Assembly: GCF_006345805.1 (NCBI RefSeq)
Contig: NC_043000.1
Span: 140,864,001-140,928,000 of the forward strand
Source of the DNA: Octopus sinensis
Taxonomy: Eukaryota
DNA: 64,000 nt
Reading direction: 5' to 3'
In this document: positions 11,965-25,334 of the stretch, piece after piece
Position numbering within the stretch: position 1 is the stretch's first letter
How the letters are laid out: each line of letters starts with the position of its first letter
Position numbers and translations under genes: made by a program
Notes under the pieces: model-generated
The model's database searches: none
What the model saw: the letters and a program-made list of their open reading frames with translations, nothing else
What the model was told of the DNA's origin: nothing

Positions 11965-12850
11965 CAACCACAAGGAAATTTGGTCAACACTGACCTCATT
12001 TGTACTTCATGCCACAATATTGGTCCATCTGATATCATGAATAGTAGAGTAACCAATTCTTTTTTAAAGATATCCAGTGTGGAGTTTTCTTTATTGTTTT
12101 GGCAGAACATTGAAGAATTGTGGGTCTTTGAACCTCAAGCTATTTCAGTACCTGATCCTGAGTTTTTAGATGGAATGGACAGTACCTTTCGTACTATGCA
12201 AGGACATTCAGTATGAGCAGTGGTACATCATTGCATAGTACATTATCAGTTTCCTTTTGATGATTTGTCTCATGACTCTGCTGATTAGCGTGTGTTGACA
12301 AGAGACAATAATCTCGAAACTGCAGTCCATGCGTATCACTTAGGTTTTCGAGAGGGGATGACCTCCCTTTGCAAATATCATAAGGGCACAGATATTGTGT
12401 CTAAAGCCAGCTGGAGACGATGATCTCCTGCGGCTAAAAAAGCTACAGTAATACCCACCCCTAGTGGCTAGCGATATTGAGATAGGCTAGTATACATTAT
12501 GTTGTCGAGTGCTTACTGTTTACATCTCACTCAGAGATTTATTATTGCTCTGCTAATATGTTAAATCAGAAAGATGGGCATGCTCTGCTCCTACCTTTAT
12601 GGAGACAATATATGATGCCTTCTTTTAGATGATTTGAAGTTTACCACTGGCAAGGAAACCTTGGAAATGTATCTGAAGTGATTTCAATAAAGTCTGCTCA
12701 TATGACTTCAAGAGAACTACTGGGAAAACATTGGGACCAGTTACTGAGTTCAAATTAATTTCATCTTTGGCAACTGTTACATCAGCTTTCTTAGTGTTGA
12801 TATAATCAATCATGACTGCTTTTCACTGCAGAGCTGTAATGTCAAACATC
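11965..12850 (-). pseudogene. CR1/L2-type LINE remnant (RT and 3' end)
   Basis: Minus frames give SVTGPNVFPVVLLKSYEQTLLKSLQIHFQGFLASGKL (decayed ..GPDG.P..LK motif) and IRY*NSLRFKDPQFFNVLPK, homologous to the better-preserved CR1 tail at 54425-54690. Confidence 0.6.
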
Positions 12851-14440
12851 TCAGCTGGGTTACTTATTTGCATGTGTCACAGAGATGTGAAGATACTTTT
12901 GAATTGTTCACTGAGCACTTTACTTATCCTTTTGTAGTTCACAATCAGTGAGCCATTCCTTTGGAACGTGTGCAGTACTGTGGCTGTTTGTTTTGCAAAT
13001 TTATAGAAATTTTTAGGGTTTGTTTTATCTTTTTCCCAACTCTGTTTGTTTTTTCTCTATCTCTCTTTCTCCCTACTCTTTCTTTTCAACAGAAATTTTG
13101 ATTCTGCTTTCAATTTCCAGGTGTGTTCATCTTAAGTTAGACTTTTTACCATCATCTTGTTGCCTGCTGAGTAATTTTTGAGAATTATGTTCTGTGTCTC
13201 ATAAGGATTTTTCTGTCTCTGGGGATTATATTTTTGGATATTCTGGCCTTTTTGTGAGGGGAACATATTTTTTTTCTTTTTCTTTTTTTATTTTCTTAAG
13301 CTCATCCACAAAGAAATATTTTACTTAGCCATTCGACTGAAGTTTGCTTGCTGCCATTTTTATCAATTTTATTTTTCTAAATTCTTATTTCACCTACAAG
13401 AATATCTTCATAGGTAGATTTGCAAGTGTTATCGCAGCTCCATTTCAAAATCATTTAGCATATCTGAGAAATTCCTGCTTAAAGTCTGAAATATCAATAC
13501 TTCCTATTGTTGCAGTTGTTATGAATGATAGTTTTGCAGGATTAAAATCAATTTATGATAACAAGTATATAACATTGTTAATCTGAGGTTCTATGAATAT
13601 TGTTGGGAGTTGCGTGTTGCTTCAACATAAACTACAGAATTAATTTAATGAAACACATCATATGTTCCACAGTATATTAACAATATCAGTTAAATCGAAA
13701 GCTTCATGCTATTGAAATTACTTGTAATTAGTAAGGAATGAAGTTATGATTTGTAAAGGGAATCATTTAGTAAGCAATGAAATTATTATTTGTTAGAGAA
13801 TTTTGAATAAATTGTCATATAACTTGTTTGAGCGAAGCATCTTTCAATAAAATTTTATTGAAAAATATGTGGCACACAAAATATAAATGAGAATAGCTTT
13901 CTGTCTCCCTTAATAATATATGCATATTTAATTTGGGGAGAAATATATTTAATTTCATACTTGACAGAAGGTGAAAGACTTAATCTGTATACATTAAAAA
14001 TTAGCACAGTTGTTAAAGTAGTGACAGAATGCTTTGTGGTAATTAATCTAAGTATTTATACTCTGAGTTCAAATTCTATTGTAATCAAATTTGCCTTTCA
14101 TATTTTAGAGTCTAAAAGAGTGAATGTGGAACTGTAAGAAGCTATCAAATACTTTGTAATATTTGTTCCAGCTCTTTACATTCTTAGTTCAAATCCCACT
14201 GGCTCTTTTAATCCATTGTCTGATTCAATGTTACCACATGGTAACCATAGATGTCTTTTAGGCAGTCCATCTGTTGTTAGAATTCTGCCGAGTTTCAAGT
14301 TTGAAGATAACTTCTTTCTTCCTCTCTGTTAATCTCAAAGAACCTCAAACAAGCCTTCTCTTTTCACTAAAACAGAACATTAAAAATGAAAGCACCTGTA
14401 AATAAGCTGAAATGTATCTGGAAAAATCAATGTTTTTCGG

Positions 14441-14600
14441 TGCAGATGTGGCTGTGTGGTTGAGAAGCATGGTTTCCAAACATTTAGTCTTAGGTTAGGT
14501 TCCAAAGTATGTCTTCTAGAATTCCATGCTGCCAAAGATTTTTGAATGTATTTGGTAGATAGAAACTGAATGAAGCCTGTCGTGTGTATGTATATATATA
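14441..14600 (+). mobile_element. SINE family A 5' part; 3' part resumes about 15040-15290
   Basis: gtgcagatgtggctgtgtggttgagaagc...gaaactgaatgaagcctgtcgtgtgta; other repeats lie in its TA tract. Confidence 0.65.
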
Positions 14601-14604
14601 TAGT

Positions 14605-14815
14605 TAATCCAAACATGAAAACACAAAGAAAAAACACAACATCGCAAGGACGTGGAACAAATATAGTATTATTGGACGATCAGGAAGGAAGGGAAGAAAG
14701 AGGATTTTACGTTTCAAGCGGAGCTCTTTGTCAGAAACATAGGAAAAGGAAAGATCCAGAGAAGGGAAGACAGAGGAAAAGAAAATCGCCAACGGTACAC
14801 ATGCAGTCACATTTT
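14605..14815 (-). mobile_element. PLE pLTR-like repeat with a minimal hammerhead-like motif (14705-14737)
   Basis: Minus: TTT CTGACAA A GAGC TCC GCTT GAAA CG T A AAA; core has G8A relative to CUGACGA. Confidence 0.55.
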
Positions 14816-16479
14816 GAATATATATATATATATTTTGAATATATATATATATATATATATATACATACATATGTATATAAATTTATATAAATAAGGATAA
14901 GATTGATATTTAAATACCGATCTTATCAGGGGGCCAGCATGTATGAACATTTAATGTGATTTTAGAGTCAAGTTTCGACTGCTATTTCCAGCGCAGTGGT
15001 ATGTCTTAGATACCCTAAATTATAATTTTATATATATATATATATATGTATGTATATATCTGTGAGTATGTGTGTGGGTGTCTTTGTGTGTGTGTTTGTC
15101 CCCCTATCAGTGCTTGATAAGTGATGTTGGTGTGTTTACATCCCTGTGACTTAGTGGTTCGGTAAAAGAGACTGATAGTAAAAGTACTAGGCTTTAAAAA
15201 GTAAGTCATGGGGTTGATTATTTAGACTGAATCTTTCAATGTAGTGTCTCGGCATATTGACAGTGCAATCACTGAAACAAGTTATAAATAAGATTCATGA
15301 ATTATTGTTTTCAATAATGGTAACATATTTTAGTTTTGAATGTGCATTCTAACAAAAACAACTGTTTGAATAAAGGTAAATTCTTTTCTTTAGCTCAAGA
15401 AAATAAGTAAAGCAGTAATGTATATAGGTCATGAAATCATGCTGCATAGTGTGTAAGACTTATATCTATTACAAACGAAGAAGCAGTTTAGCTTATCTAT
15501 TGACTTATATACACAAAAGATGAGTAATTGTTCTATTATAGAATATCATTTGTGAACACAAATTTTCTTTGTTATTTAGATTCTGAAAATTCCTTTGTTC
15601 TGTTGTTAATATGTATATACACAAGTGCATGAACGTGCATATATACACAAATCCTTGCGTTTGTGAATGTGTTTCAGACATATTTTTCTCTCTATATGCT
15701 TGCTATCATTCAATGTACTTAAAGTTTATGTTTCTTAAAAGTCACCATCTTTTAACTCACAAACATATTCAGTCTTTTACTAAATTAACAGGCTAGACTG
15801 TGAGTCGCCTTTTCATTAAGCATGGCTACTATATAGTTGCAGCACTGATATTCCCAGAGGAAAATCCGTCAGTTCTCGTACCTAATATCTTTAAAGGAAA
15901 CTGACCACAAAACTTCTAGATTGCTTCACCTTAAAAGAACTGTTAATTGAAAATGCTGAGATCTAATAGACTTGTAAGATTGCCAATTTCTGTATATTAT
16001 CATCTTTTATCTTGTCTGTTTGTGGTTGTATGTGTATGTCACATATCTTTATATGTTTTTGGTGAAATGACCACTACACCATTTCATTGAATATCAGGTT
16101 TATGAAGTGGTCTTTTTTTACAAAAATGTGTAACACTTAATCTATTTTAAAGTTTAGTTTCATTGTCTGAACATATATTTCCATGTCTCACTCCGAAGAA
16201 AGAGAAGTATTCATGGTAAGGTGGAGAGATAAAAGAATGAAGTGATATCTTGTCATTTTTGATTATTTTAGTTTATCATTTCTGGAAACTATAGTGAGCA
16301 ACATGTGAAGATCATTGGCACAGACAAAGACAAGTAGATTGCGAGAATAAAGTTATCTATACTCTACTACTGTATGGGTAAAGTTTTAAGCAAAATTATA
16401 CTGTTAGTGCATTATATAGAACTTTCAGTTTATAGCTTCTATACAAATGCAACTGATGTTTAATGTTAATAATATCTAA

Positions 16480-16695
16480 GCTGGTGAGCTGACAGAATCG
16501 TTAGCATGCTAGGCAAAACGTTGCTAAGCATTTTGTCTGTCTCTATCTTCAGAGTTTGAACTCTGCCAAGGTTGACTTTACTTTTCATCCTTTTATGGTC
16601 AATAAAATAAGTATCAGTTGATCACTAAAGTCGATGTAATTACCCACCTCACCCAAAACTGCTGGCCTTGTGCCAAAATTAGAAATTGATATTAA
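16480..16695 (+). mobile_element. SINE family B, degenerate
   Basis: ggtgagctgacagaatcgttagcatgctaggcaaaacg. Confidence 0.75.
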
Positions 16696-16799
16696 TAATA
16701 TCTGCTATTATCAGAAAAGGTTAATCTGCAATAATATGAAAGGATTGTTGTTTCATTTTTGTTATTGATTCAAACAATGGGTGCATGGTTGGATTTCAT

Positions 16800-17050
16800 C
16801 ATCACCATCATTATCATCATCATCGTTTAATGTCCGTTTACCATGCTAGCATGGGTTGGACGGTTTGACCAGAGTCTGGGAAGCCAGAAGGCTGCACCAG
16901 GCTCCAGTCTGGTCTGGCAGTGTTTCTACAGCTGGATGCCCTTTCTAATGCCAACCACCCCATGAATGTAGTGGCTGCTTTTTACATGCCACCGGCACAG
17001 GTGCCAGGGGAGGCTGGCAATGGCCACAATTGGTTGGTGCTTTTTATGTG
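16800..17050 (-). mobile_element. Repeat family E
   Basis: catcatcatcgtttaatgtccgtttaccatgctagcatgggttggacgg. Confidence 0.85.
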
Positions 17051-19246
17051 CATGGTTTAGTGATGTTCTTCACTACTACATGATTTCATATTCAAACCTA
17101 CTGCATAGTTCCATGGTCTAATGTCGCTTATCATATTCTTAAGTTGAACAAATATCTTGTGACTGGAATTCAGTGAAGAGCAACCGTGGCTTATTATATA
17201 TATCTGGTAGCTTGTTCAGTCACAGCCCTACTTCTGAGACTAGATTGATTCTGCACCAATATATTGCAAGTACCAGTTATATAATCAACAGAAAGGAAAG
17301 ACAGAGTTGAGTCACACAGAATCTGAATTCAATAACCAAGTGCCATAAAACCAAATACTAACATAGGTTTAACCAGTTCACTATTGTTTCAGCAAGTTTT
17401 ATCCCTCCAGGATAAGGCTAATGTTTTTGTTTTTAAAGTACAATTTCACTACAAATTCATTCTTTAAATGCAAAGTTTATGTAACTATTGTTTGATTAAT
17501 TAGTTTTGAAAATACAATTTGCTATTCTTGACATACTTTTTAGCTGTAACCATTTCTAATTGAGAAATTTCTTGTGTAGCTATTAGCAGTAACAGTTCTT
17601 AATTGAAGACTGATGTAGTAATATCTATTTTAATTAAGATAACTTTAATATTCTTTTTTATCAATTGCGTAAAATAGGAAGGAATCCATAAAGATTAAAC
17701 TGAATGATGTATTTTAAACCCTCAGATGATTTATTTCGTCAAATTTGAATTTGTGAAGTATGAATGCTTTAGGTTATTTTTAACCTAGAATAATAACAAT
17801 TGCAAAATAGAAACCTGAACGATAGCAGAGAAGATTGGAATTCATAGAATTGTATTAATGTTATTTCTCAATGTATATAGCCTTTTGAAAATGAAAGCAA
17901 GGTAGGAAACAAGAAAACAATACAAGACAAAAACAAATTCTACTAAACATTTTCTATACATATTTCGTTGGGAATATTTATTTTTGATTTCAGCAAACTA
18001 CCTTTCCCATAGAACTACTATCCTTTTTGTTATCATTGCTGGTGCTGTCAAGATTCTACTGCATAAGAAATATCTCTGTACATTTACCATCAATTATTTC
18101 TTGGAGCTGACGTAGGTCAGACAGATAGGCCTTATAGTCCAACTCCATTTTACCTTCTCGATTCTTGACTGCTTTTTATGTCATTCTAAGGAGGAAAAAA
18201 ATATTATCTGACACATAGATATTACACTGAATCAATAATGCCTTCAACACTTTAACACTGATGTTATATATGACAGCAATATCAAGAAGAACAATAAGAC
18301 AGTTTCCTTCTAAGACAAATAAGTAATTGTTTTCTCATTTTATACTTAGTAGTTATATACCATTTGCTATTGACAGCTGCTATATAGCAAATGGATTCTA
18401 AAATGAAAAAGAAAAATTCTATTCAGTCCAGTGCAAGAATCATTATATCCCTTCCTTCCTTTCCTATATACATGGTGTATTCATTTTTATGTTGTCTTTA
18501 CATTTTTGAGGCCAAATTTACATTTGTGGAGATAACCTAGTGGCATAAAAATGACTTTGTGTATCCTGTTAAAAATTTACATTAAAAAAAAAAAACATTG
18601 CTTTCTTGTTACTTATCTTGAATAATAACTGCCATTCCATTTTCCATTCTTTTCTACCCTTATCTGTAAATATTCTATAGAGCACTTAATGGCTTTGCAA
18701 TGAACAAAGATTGCTATCTATTTAGAAGTAAGAATAAAGGGGAAATAATCGCAAATTTATGTTTTAAATGATTAGAAAAATATTTTTTTTAACAATAAAA
18801 ATACATTTCTTAATAGAAATATTTGATATTTTTCAATTTTTAAAAATATTAGCACATTTACATCCCACGGTGATATTGATGAGTAAAACTGAAATATCAT
18901 GTAAATAGTAGAGAATATTTTCAATGATACATTTAATTTTTACTTTATATTATTATTTTGAACTGAGATAAGTTTTAGTTCCTTTAACTGAGATGATTAA
19001 TGTTCGTTGCAAACTGCTTAAAATTCTATATCAGATCACCCTGTTGCACTAAATATAAACCTGCAAAGGGTTCATAAGTGAAGGGGTAAAGCCAATGTAA
19101 ATGCTATCCAATATATTACTAGAAGTTTGTCTGTGTATGAGGGGATGTAACTAAAAATATTGCAGAAAAATACATAATCATTGTTTTGCACCTGTTTTCT
19201 CTGCTGACAGGGGTTGGACAAGTTGCCACAAACTAATTCAGTTTAT

Positions 19247-19360
19247 ATCTATACATATAAAGCTGAAGTTGTCTGTGTGTGTGTGTGGCAGGTTTGGTAG
19301 CCTTCACCTAACACTATCTCCTCCGAGACCCTGTGGCGCAAGTTAACCAAAATTGAGAGT
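19247..19360 (+). mobile_element. Helitron-like 5' end fragment
   Basis: tctatacatataaagctgaagttgtctgtgtgtgtg, same style as 5' ends at 1095 (-) and 57822 (+); truncated at (TA)n. Confidence 0.5.
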
Positions 19361-19387
19361 ATATATATGTATATATATATATATATA

Positions 19388-19795
19388 TAATAAATATTAG
19401 GGAATAAATCCAAACTTACAGGGAAAAATCAGATTTAGGATTGAATCCAATTTTATAGTAAAATATTATATTATATTAAATTAAAGATAAAACCACTATT
19501 ATGCAAATCAAACAAAGAAAGACTTAATCCAATACATAAATTAATTTATATTATTTAGAAATTTAACAATTATTAATATCCACTACGATCGTTTAAACTC
19601 GCCCAAGAATATTTGAAACCACCTGAAGAATGTCTACTACTCAAAGATGTGATGAAAAGAAGACATGAAACGATCGTAGTGGATATTAATAATTGTTAAA
19701 TTTCTAAATAATATAAATTAATTTATGTATTGGATTAAGTCTTTCTTTGTTTGATTTGCATAATAGTGGTTTTGTCTCTAATTTAATATATTATA
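19388..19795. mobile_element. Fold-back PLE pLTR element in (TA)n; inverted arms 19477-19594 / 19668-19795
   Basis: aattaaagataaaaccactattatgcaaatcaaacaaagaaagacttaatcc...ccactacgatcgttt is the reverse complement of aaacgatcgtagtgg...tagtggttttgtctctaatt with very few mismatches. Confidence 0.85.
19619..19682 (+). ncRNA. Type-I hammerhead ribozyme, intact
   Basis: CCAC CTGAAGA ATGTCT-(25 nt)-AGACAT GAAA CGATCG T A GTGG. Stem I CCAC/GTGG, stem II 6 Watson-Crick pairs, palindromic mini-stem III, GUA triplet; predicted cut 3' of 19678. Confidence 0.85.
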
Positions 19796-19919
19796 TATAT
19801 ATATGATTGTTGTTGAAATAAGAAGAGCTCAGAAAGAAATAGAAAGTTAAAGATTCATTTTTCATAGAGAGAATCAAATCAAATCAAATCGAATCAAATC
19901 AAATCAAATCGAACCAAAT

Positions 19920-20402
19920 CAAAATAGATGAACATCAATGGAATTTATATCCTTGTGGTACCAGTGCGGTGGCACATAAGAAAACCATCCGAACGTGACC
20001 GTAGCCAGTACCGCAACGACTGGCTCCGTGCTGAGGGTACGTAACAAACACCATCCGAGCATGGCCATCCGCCAGCCTCGTCTGGCACCTGTGTCAGTGA
20101 CACATAAGAAAACACCATCCGAGCGTGGCCGTCAGCCAGCCTCGTCTGGCACCTGTGCGGTGGCACATAAAAAAACACCATCCGAGCGTGGCCATCTGCC
20201 AGCCTCGTCTGGCACCTGTGTCGGGTGGCACATAAAATCACCCACTACACTCTCGGAGTGGTTGGCGTTAGGAAGGGCATCCAGCTGTAGAAACACTGCC
20301 AGATCTGACTGGCCTGGTGCAGCCTTCGGGCTTGCCAGACCCCAGTTGAACCGTCCAACCCATGCTAGCATGGAAGGCGGACGTTAAACGATGATGATGA
20401 TG
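19920..20402 (+). mobile_element. Repeat family E with three ~62 bp internal tandem units, preceded by (AATCA)n
   Basis: Unit ccatccgagcgtggcc..gccagcctcgtctggcacctgtg..gtggcacataaaaaaca repeated at about 20051, 20114 and 20177; tail gttaaacgatgatgatgatga. Confidence 0.88.
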
Positions 20403-20774
20403 AAATAAAATCTATTTTATGCAAACTTGTAGTAGGTGGGCATCAGAAACTGTTTTTTTCCAAAGAAACTGTAAAGAACTCACAACGAGTGTGAAAATTG
20501 AAATAATAACTAAAATGTTAAAACCTGGATGCTATATGACTAAATTGTTAAGCTCATTTTGCAATTAAAACTCTCTAAATATGATCCTCCTACATGGCAT
20601 CTGATGCAACTGCCATCTAACATAGTTTCAGGTTAACATGAGTCCCGTGAATAAAATTGTCTTGTGAGAAATCGTTTGGAACTCAGATGGACTAAGTTCA
20701 TAAATGTTTATGTAAATGAAGGAATATTTTTGATGTGTGTTATCATACTTATTATTTGTTCTCATTTTCTCATT

Positions 20775-21170
20775 TTCTCGGCTGGCCCCAGTGCCGGTGG
20801 CACGTAAAAAGCACCATCCGTTCGTGGCCGTTTGCCAGACCCATCTGGCACCACCATCCATTCGTGGCCATTGCCAGCACCATCCGTTCATGGCTGTTGC
20901 CAGCCTCGCCTGGCCCCCGTGCCGGTGGCAAGTAAAAAACACCATCCATCCATGGCCGTTTGCCAGCTCCATCTGGCACCTGTGCGGGTGGCATGTAAAA
21001 AGCACCCACTACACTCACGGAATGGTTGGTGTTAGGAAGGGCATCTAGCCGTAGAAACACTGCCAGATCAGACTGGGCCTGATGCAGCCTTCTGGCTTTA
21101 CAGACCCCAGTTGAATCGTCCAACCCATGCTAGCATGGAAAGCGGGCGCTAAATGATGATGATGATGATT
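20775..21170 (+). mobile_element. Repeat family E
   Basis: Same internal units and tail ...gctaaatgatgatgatgatgat. Confidence 0.88.
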
Positions 21171-21444
21171 TTGCTAATTTGTAATTGTTTTTGTAAATGA
21201 AGTATGAGGAACTACAAATCATGAGTTTTTAGCAACTGGTACTTTAATCTTTGCTAGTAACTCAGCGGAACATCAGTGCCTACTGATATGTAACACAAAA
21301 TCCCATGCTAGCTTGGATCCTTCATCTCTAATAATCTTTGAAAGCATATCTCATCATGGGAAAATATTACCTTATTTGCAAGCAGGTAATTGAAAGGCAT
21401 CTAACCATAGAAAACCCACCTCAACAAATTCTGTCTAACCTACA

Positions 21445-21925
21445 CATCATCATCATCGTTTACAGTCTGCTTTCCATGCTAGCATGGGTTGGACTATTTG
21501 ACTGAGGACTGGTGAATCAGATGGCTGCACCAGGCTCCAATCTTGATCTGGCAGAGTTTCTACAGCTGGATGCCCTTCCTAACACCAATCACTGAGAGTG
21601 TAGTGGGCGCTTTTACATGCCACTGGCATGAGGGCCAGTCACGCGGTACTGGCAACGGCCACGAAAAAGTCGTGTTTTTTTATATGCCACCTGCTTACCG
21701 GCACAAGTGCCAGTAAGGCGATGCTGGTAACGATCACGCTCGACTGGTGTTTTTACATGCCACCAGCACAAACGCCAGTTAGCCGCTCTGGCAATGATGA
21801 ACGCTTGGATGGTGCTCTTAGTGCTCCACTTGCACGGATGACCGCTCTGGCAATGATCACACTCGGATGGTGCTCTTAGTGCTCCACTTGGAAAAGTGGA
21901 CATTAAAATAATGATGATGATGCTG
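21445..21925 (-). mobile_element. Repeat family E
   Basis: catcatcatcatcgtttacagtctgctttccatgctagcatggg followed by internal units. Confidence 0.8.
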
Positions 21926-24384
21926 ATCAAATATTGAAAATATTGGTGTCTCAAAGTAAAGTGAAAAGGAAAACACAGTACAAGTTAACACATAACATAA
22001 TGACATAAACCAATGGCGTTTCTTTTTCCCTTTCAAGATGATGATGAAGATGGTAGATTGTGATTTGGAGGAGATTCATCTTGCTATTTATTGCAGATCA
22101 AGTAACTATATGGACTCCTCTTCATACACTTGTATTTATGTTGTTTTTAGTGCTAGTATGTTCCTTGAGAAATAAAGATACAAATGGTTTTAGATGATCT
22201 GATAGAATTATTGATATTAATTAGCAAAACATTTTATAAAGAGCAGAATAAAATCAATCATAGCTTTTGGTTGGCTTGTTATAGAAAAATGAATTTTAGA
22301 TGTGAGTTAAATAGAATATGTATGATGATAATGATTTCAGAGATTATAGTTATTAATATATATTTTCTAAGTGGTTAAGGAGCTTAACTATTTGTCTAAA
22401 ATTATTAATTCCAATTTGCATTTTCTTTTGCACCTAGATACCGCATACTGACTACTTCTACTTCATACTTTAATTATTATTGCTAGCAAGCACTTATCTT
22501 TAAAACTTCTGTTCGTTTTGTTTATTCTTAATATCCTAATTTGAAAAACATTCTTATTTATGCCAGGAAGAATAAAATACATGTGATAACATGAGAAAAA
22601 ATATGGTGTCATTAATATTCAAAAAAAAAAATTGTTGGTTTTATTTTTAAATGATTTTTCCCTCATAAAGCTGTAAAAAACTATAGAAAAATAGCATGAA
22701 ATTGATGGATGAAATTTGTTGTCAAATATTCAATATGTTTTGATGAATATAAATAGTTTAAAGATAATATTTTAATTATCTCTTGGCAGGCAGTAGAAGA
22801 AATTGAACAGTACATTGACATTTAGATTATGAATCATATCAAAAATATTATCAGCATTAAATTTTGGAATATTTCAAGACAGTTTCAGTAGTTTCAATCG
22901 AAATAATTTTATGAGCTCTTCAAATATAAGAGTTTAGGAAGATACATCATATGTTCATTACCCATCAATCAATATATTCTCGCAAATTTAGTTTTGTGTT
23001 ATTAATTAGTCGGAAAAGGAGAGACGGTCCCATTGTTATTCACTTCACAGCATCATTTTTCATAGATTATCTTTTGCCCATTAATTAGGCAGAGAAGGGG
23101 AGACTGCATCAATGCCTTTGTTGTTTCTCAAAAAAAAATGGTTCTGAGATCGATGTGGTTAGTCTGAGTGTCTGTAGGTTAAAATTTCAAGGAAAAATGT
23201 AGGCAAGGGTAGAATTTCAAAATATTAAGAAGAAATAATTGAATAACGTATTTAGCAAAGGGCCAGGTAAGACATTGTAAGATAGTGGGATTACGTCAGC
23301 AGCTGGGGAGCTGACTGGAAGAGAAAAGGGCAGGAGTGATGCGCATGCAGGCAGGGGAGCATTGGGCCTTTTTCGATCGGGGTAGCCGACAGAGCTGGAC
23401 GTGTGAGTGCTTTGTCAAGGTAGGGGAAAAGCATCTGCTATTTTTAGCATTCGGGTCGAGTCATGTAGAAGGGTGCGTTATCACCAGAGAAGTCTGCATC
23501 GATGAAGAGAAGGTAGGTGTCTCTATTTCAAATCTCCCACATACACCACAATGACATAAAGGGAACAGACTAATACACTGTGCATGAAGAGGTTAAGGTA
23601 GTATCCAGCTTTAACCTTTTCAATACCAACCTGGTTGAAACCACCTCTGGCTCTGACTACAAATGTCTTATTTTCATAAGTTTTGAACTAAAATCTTCCA
23701 CCAAACCTTTGTCACAATTTATGTTCCTAACACTAGCTTAATCATAACTAAGTTATTTTACTAAATTCTTAGTTATATTTAAAATTAATTGAAAGAAGCA
23801 CAGAGCATCGCAAAATAAATACAGTAGCAAAAGGGTTAAAGTTGTATTAATGATTGCATAAATATAAACAAAAGGACATGAGTGACTTTGTATAATGAGG
23901 TTTAACATCAGGTTATTAGCATCTTTATCTCTAAGTAGAATATTTAGATTATGTGAATAGTAAAGGAGATAGTAGTAGTAGTAGAAGAATGGAAGTTGCG
24001 TCATCTACATACATATGTAAGTGTATTACATGTGTGTGCACGTGCATGCTCTGTTAGATGTAGCAGTGAGAAAGTCATATACAAAAACAAAGGAGTGTGA
24101 TAAATAGGCCCAGAATGTATGATATGCCAGAGTCAGTAGAATGTTGATGAAAGAAACCCAGTTTGCATCTGCTGAAACAGCAACAAAATCTGACAAGCTA
24201 TTTCCAATGAAGAAGATGATGGATGATGGAGAGAGAGAGGGCCACTACCCTTTTCATCATCATCTTACATTCATTTAGTATAGCTAAATCTATGTACACT
24301 GCTTACACAGGTTAGATGTGCTATCACCATTCAAATCAGATCTTACTTGATGCTATTCTTCCTTTTGAGTGGTCACATAACTTT

Positions 24385-24612
24385 CTGCGAGCTGGCAGAA
24401 ATATTAGGGCGCTGGACGAAATGCTTAGCGGTATTTCGTCTGTCGTTATGTTCCGAGTTCAAATTCTGCCGAGGTCAACTTTGCCTTTCATCCTTTCGAG
24501 GTCGATAAATAAAGTACCAGTTTCGCACTGGGGTTGATGTAATCGACTTAATCCCTTTGTCTGTCCTTGTTTGTCCCCTCTATGTTTAGCCACTTGTGGG
24601 TAGTAAAGAAAT
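24385..24612 (+). mobile_element. SINE family B
   Basis: gcgagctggcagaaatattagggcgctggacgaaatgcttagcgg...gggtagtaaagaaata. Confidence 0.88.
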
Positions 24613-24979
24613 ATATGTCCCACCTGTCCATTCACTTTTAGTATGGTTTTTATGATTGATGCCCTTTATAAAAAGAAAAACTTTACAAAGCGAACTAGGT
24701 GTAATTCATTATGGCACAAGCACTAGAGAGGTTGCTTTCTTCCCTGAAAATCTAAACAAACTGTCCATTCAATGTTGTCTCCATTCACTTAAGGTAATTG
24801 TGACGGAAAATTTGAACAAAAGAGAGTGATGACCAAGAGTATAAAGAAACGGTATGGGTGTGAGTGTGTTGGGAAAAGAGTGATGGAAGTAAGAGTAATA
24901 GAATGGATGCATCAATGTCTATATTTTGCTGGTTGGTAAGGAGATGAAGAGAAAAGTATTATGGGTGGCATGAAACGTT

Positions 24980-25200
24980 AGTAAGCTAGCAGAAACGTTA
25001 GCATTCTGGGCAAAATGCTTAGCGGTATTTTGTCTGTCTTAGCGGCATTCTGAGTTCAAATTCCGCCCAGGTTGACTTTACCTTTCATCCTTTTGGGGTT
25101 GATAAATTAAGTACCAGTTGCACACTGGGGTCTATCTAATCGACTAGCCACCCCCCACCTCCCCAAAACTTTCGGGCCTTGTGCCTAGAGTAGAAAAGAT
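24980..25200 (+). mobile_element. SINE family B
   Basis: agtaagctagcagaaacgttagcattctgggcaaaatgcttagcgg. Confidence 0.8.
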
Positions 25201-25334
25201 TATGAGTGGCATGATGACATTGCAATAACAATGCTGACGTGATTGGATAACAACAGAAACTGATGATGGTTAGAGTGACTAATACCAATGGAGAGTATTA
25301 TGGAGAGAGCAATATATATAGGGAGAGTTTATGA

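Noticed and set aside
12106-12210. Exon-like segment ttttggcag|NIEELWVFEPQAISVPDPEFLDGMDSTFRTMQGHS|gtatga (35 codons, phase 0-0)
   Set aside because: It is the antisense strand of a CR1-type LINE 3' end, homologous to 54425-54690; no flanking exons found. Exonisation cannot be excluded without RNA data.
20051-20240. GCCAGCCTCGTCTGGC hairpin resembling P3/L3 of HDV-like ribozymes, and ~62-bp repeats resembling a CRISPR array
   Set aside because: No P1, P1.1 or P2 pairing could be built; units are contiguous tandem repeats without unique spacers, in a eukaryotic retro-repeat.
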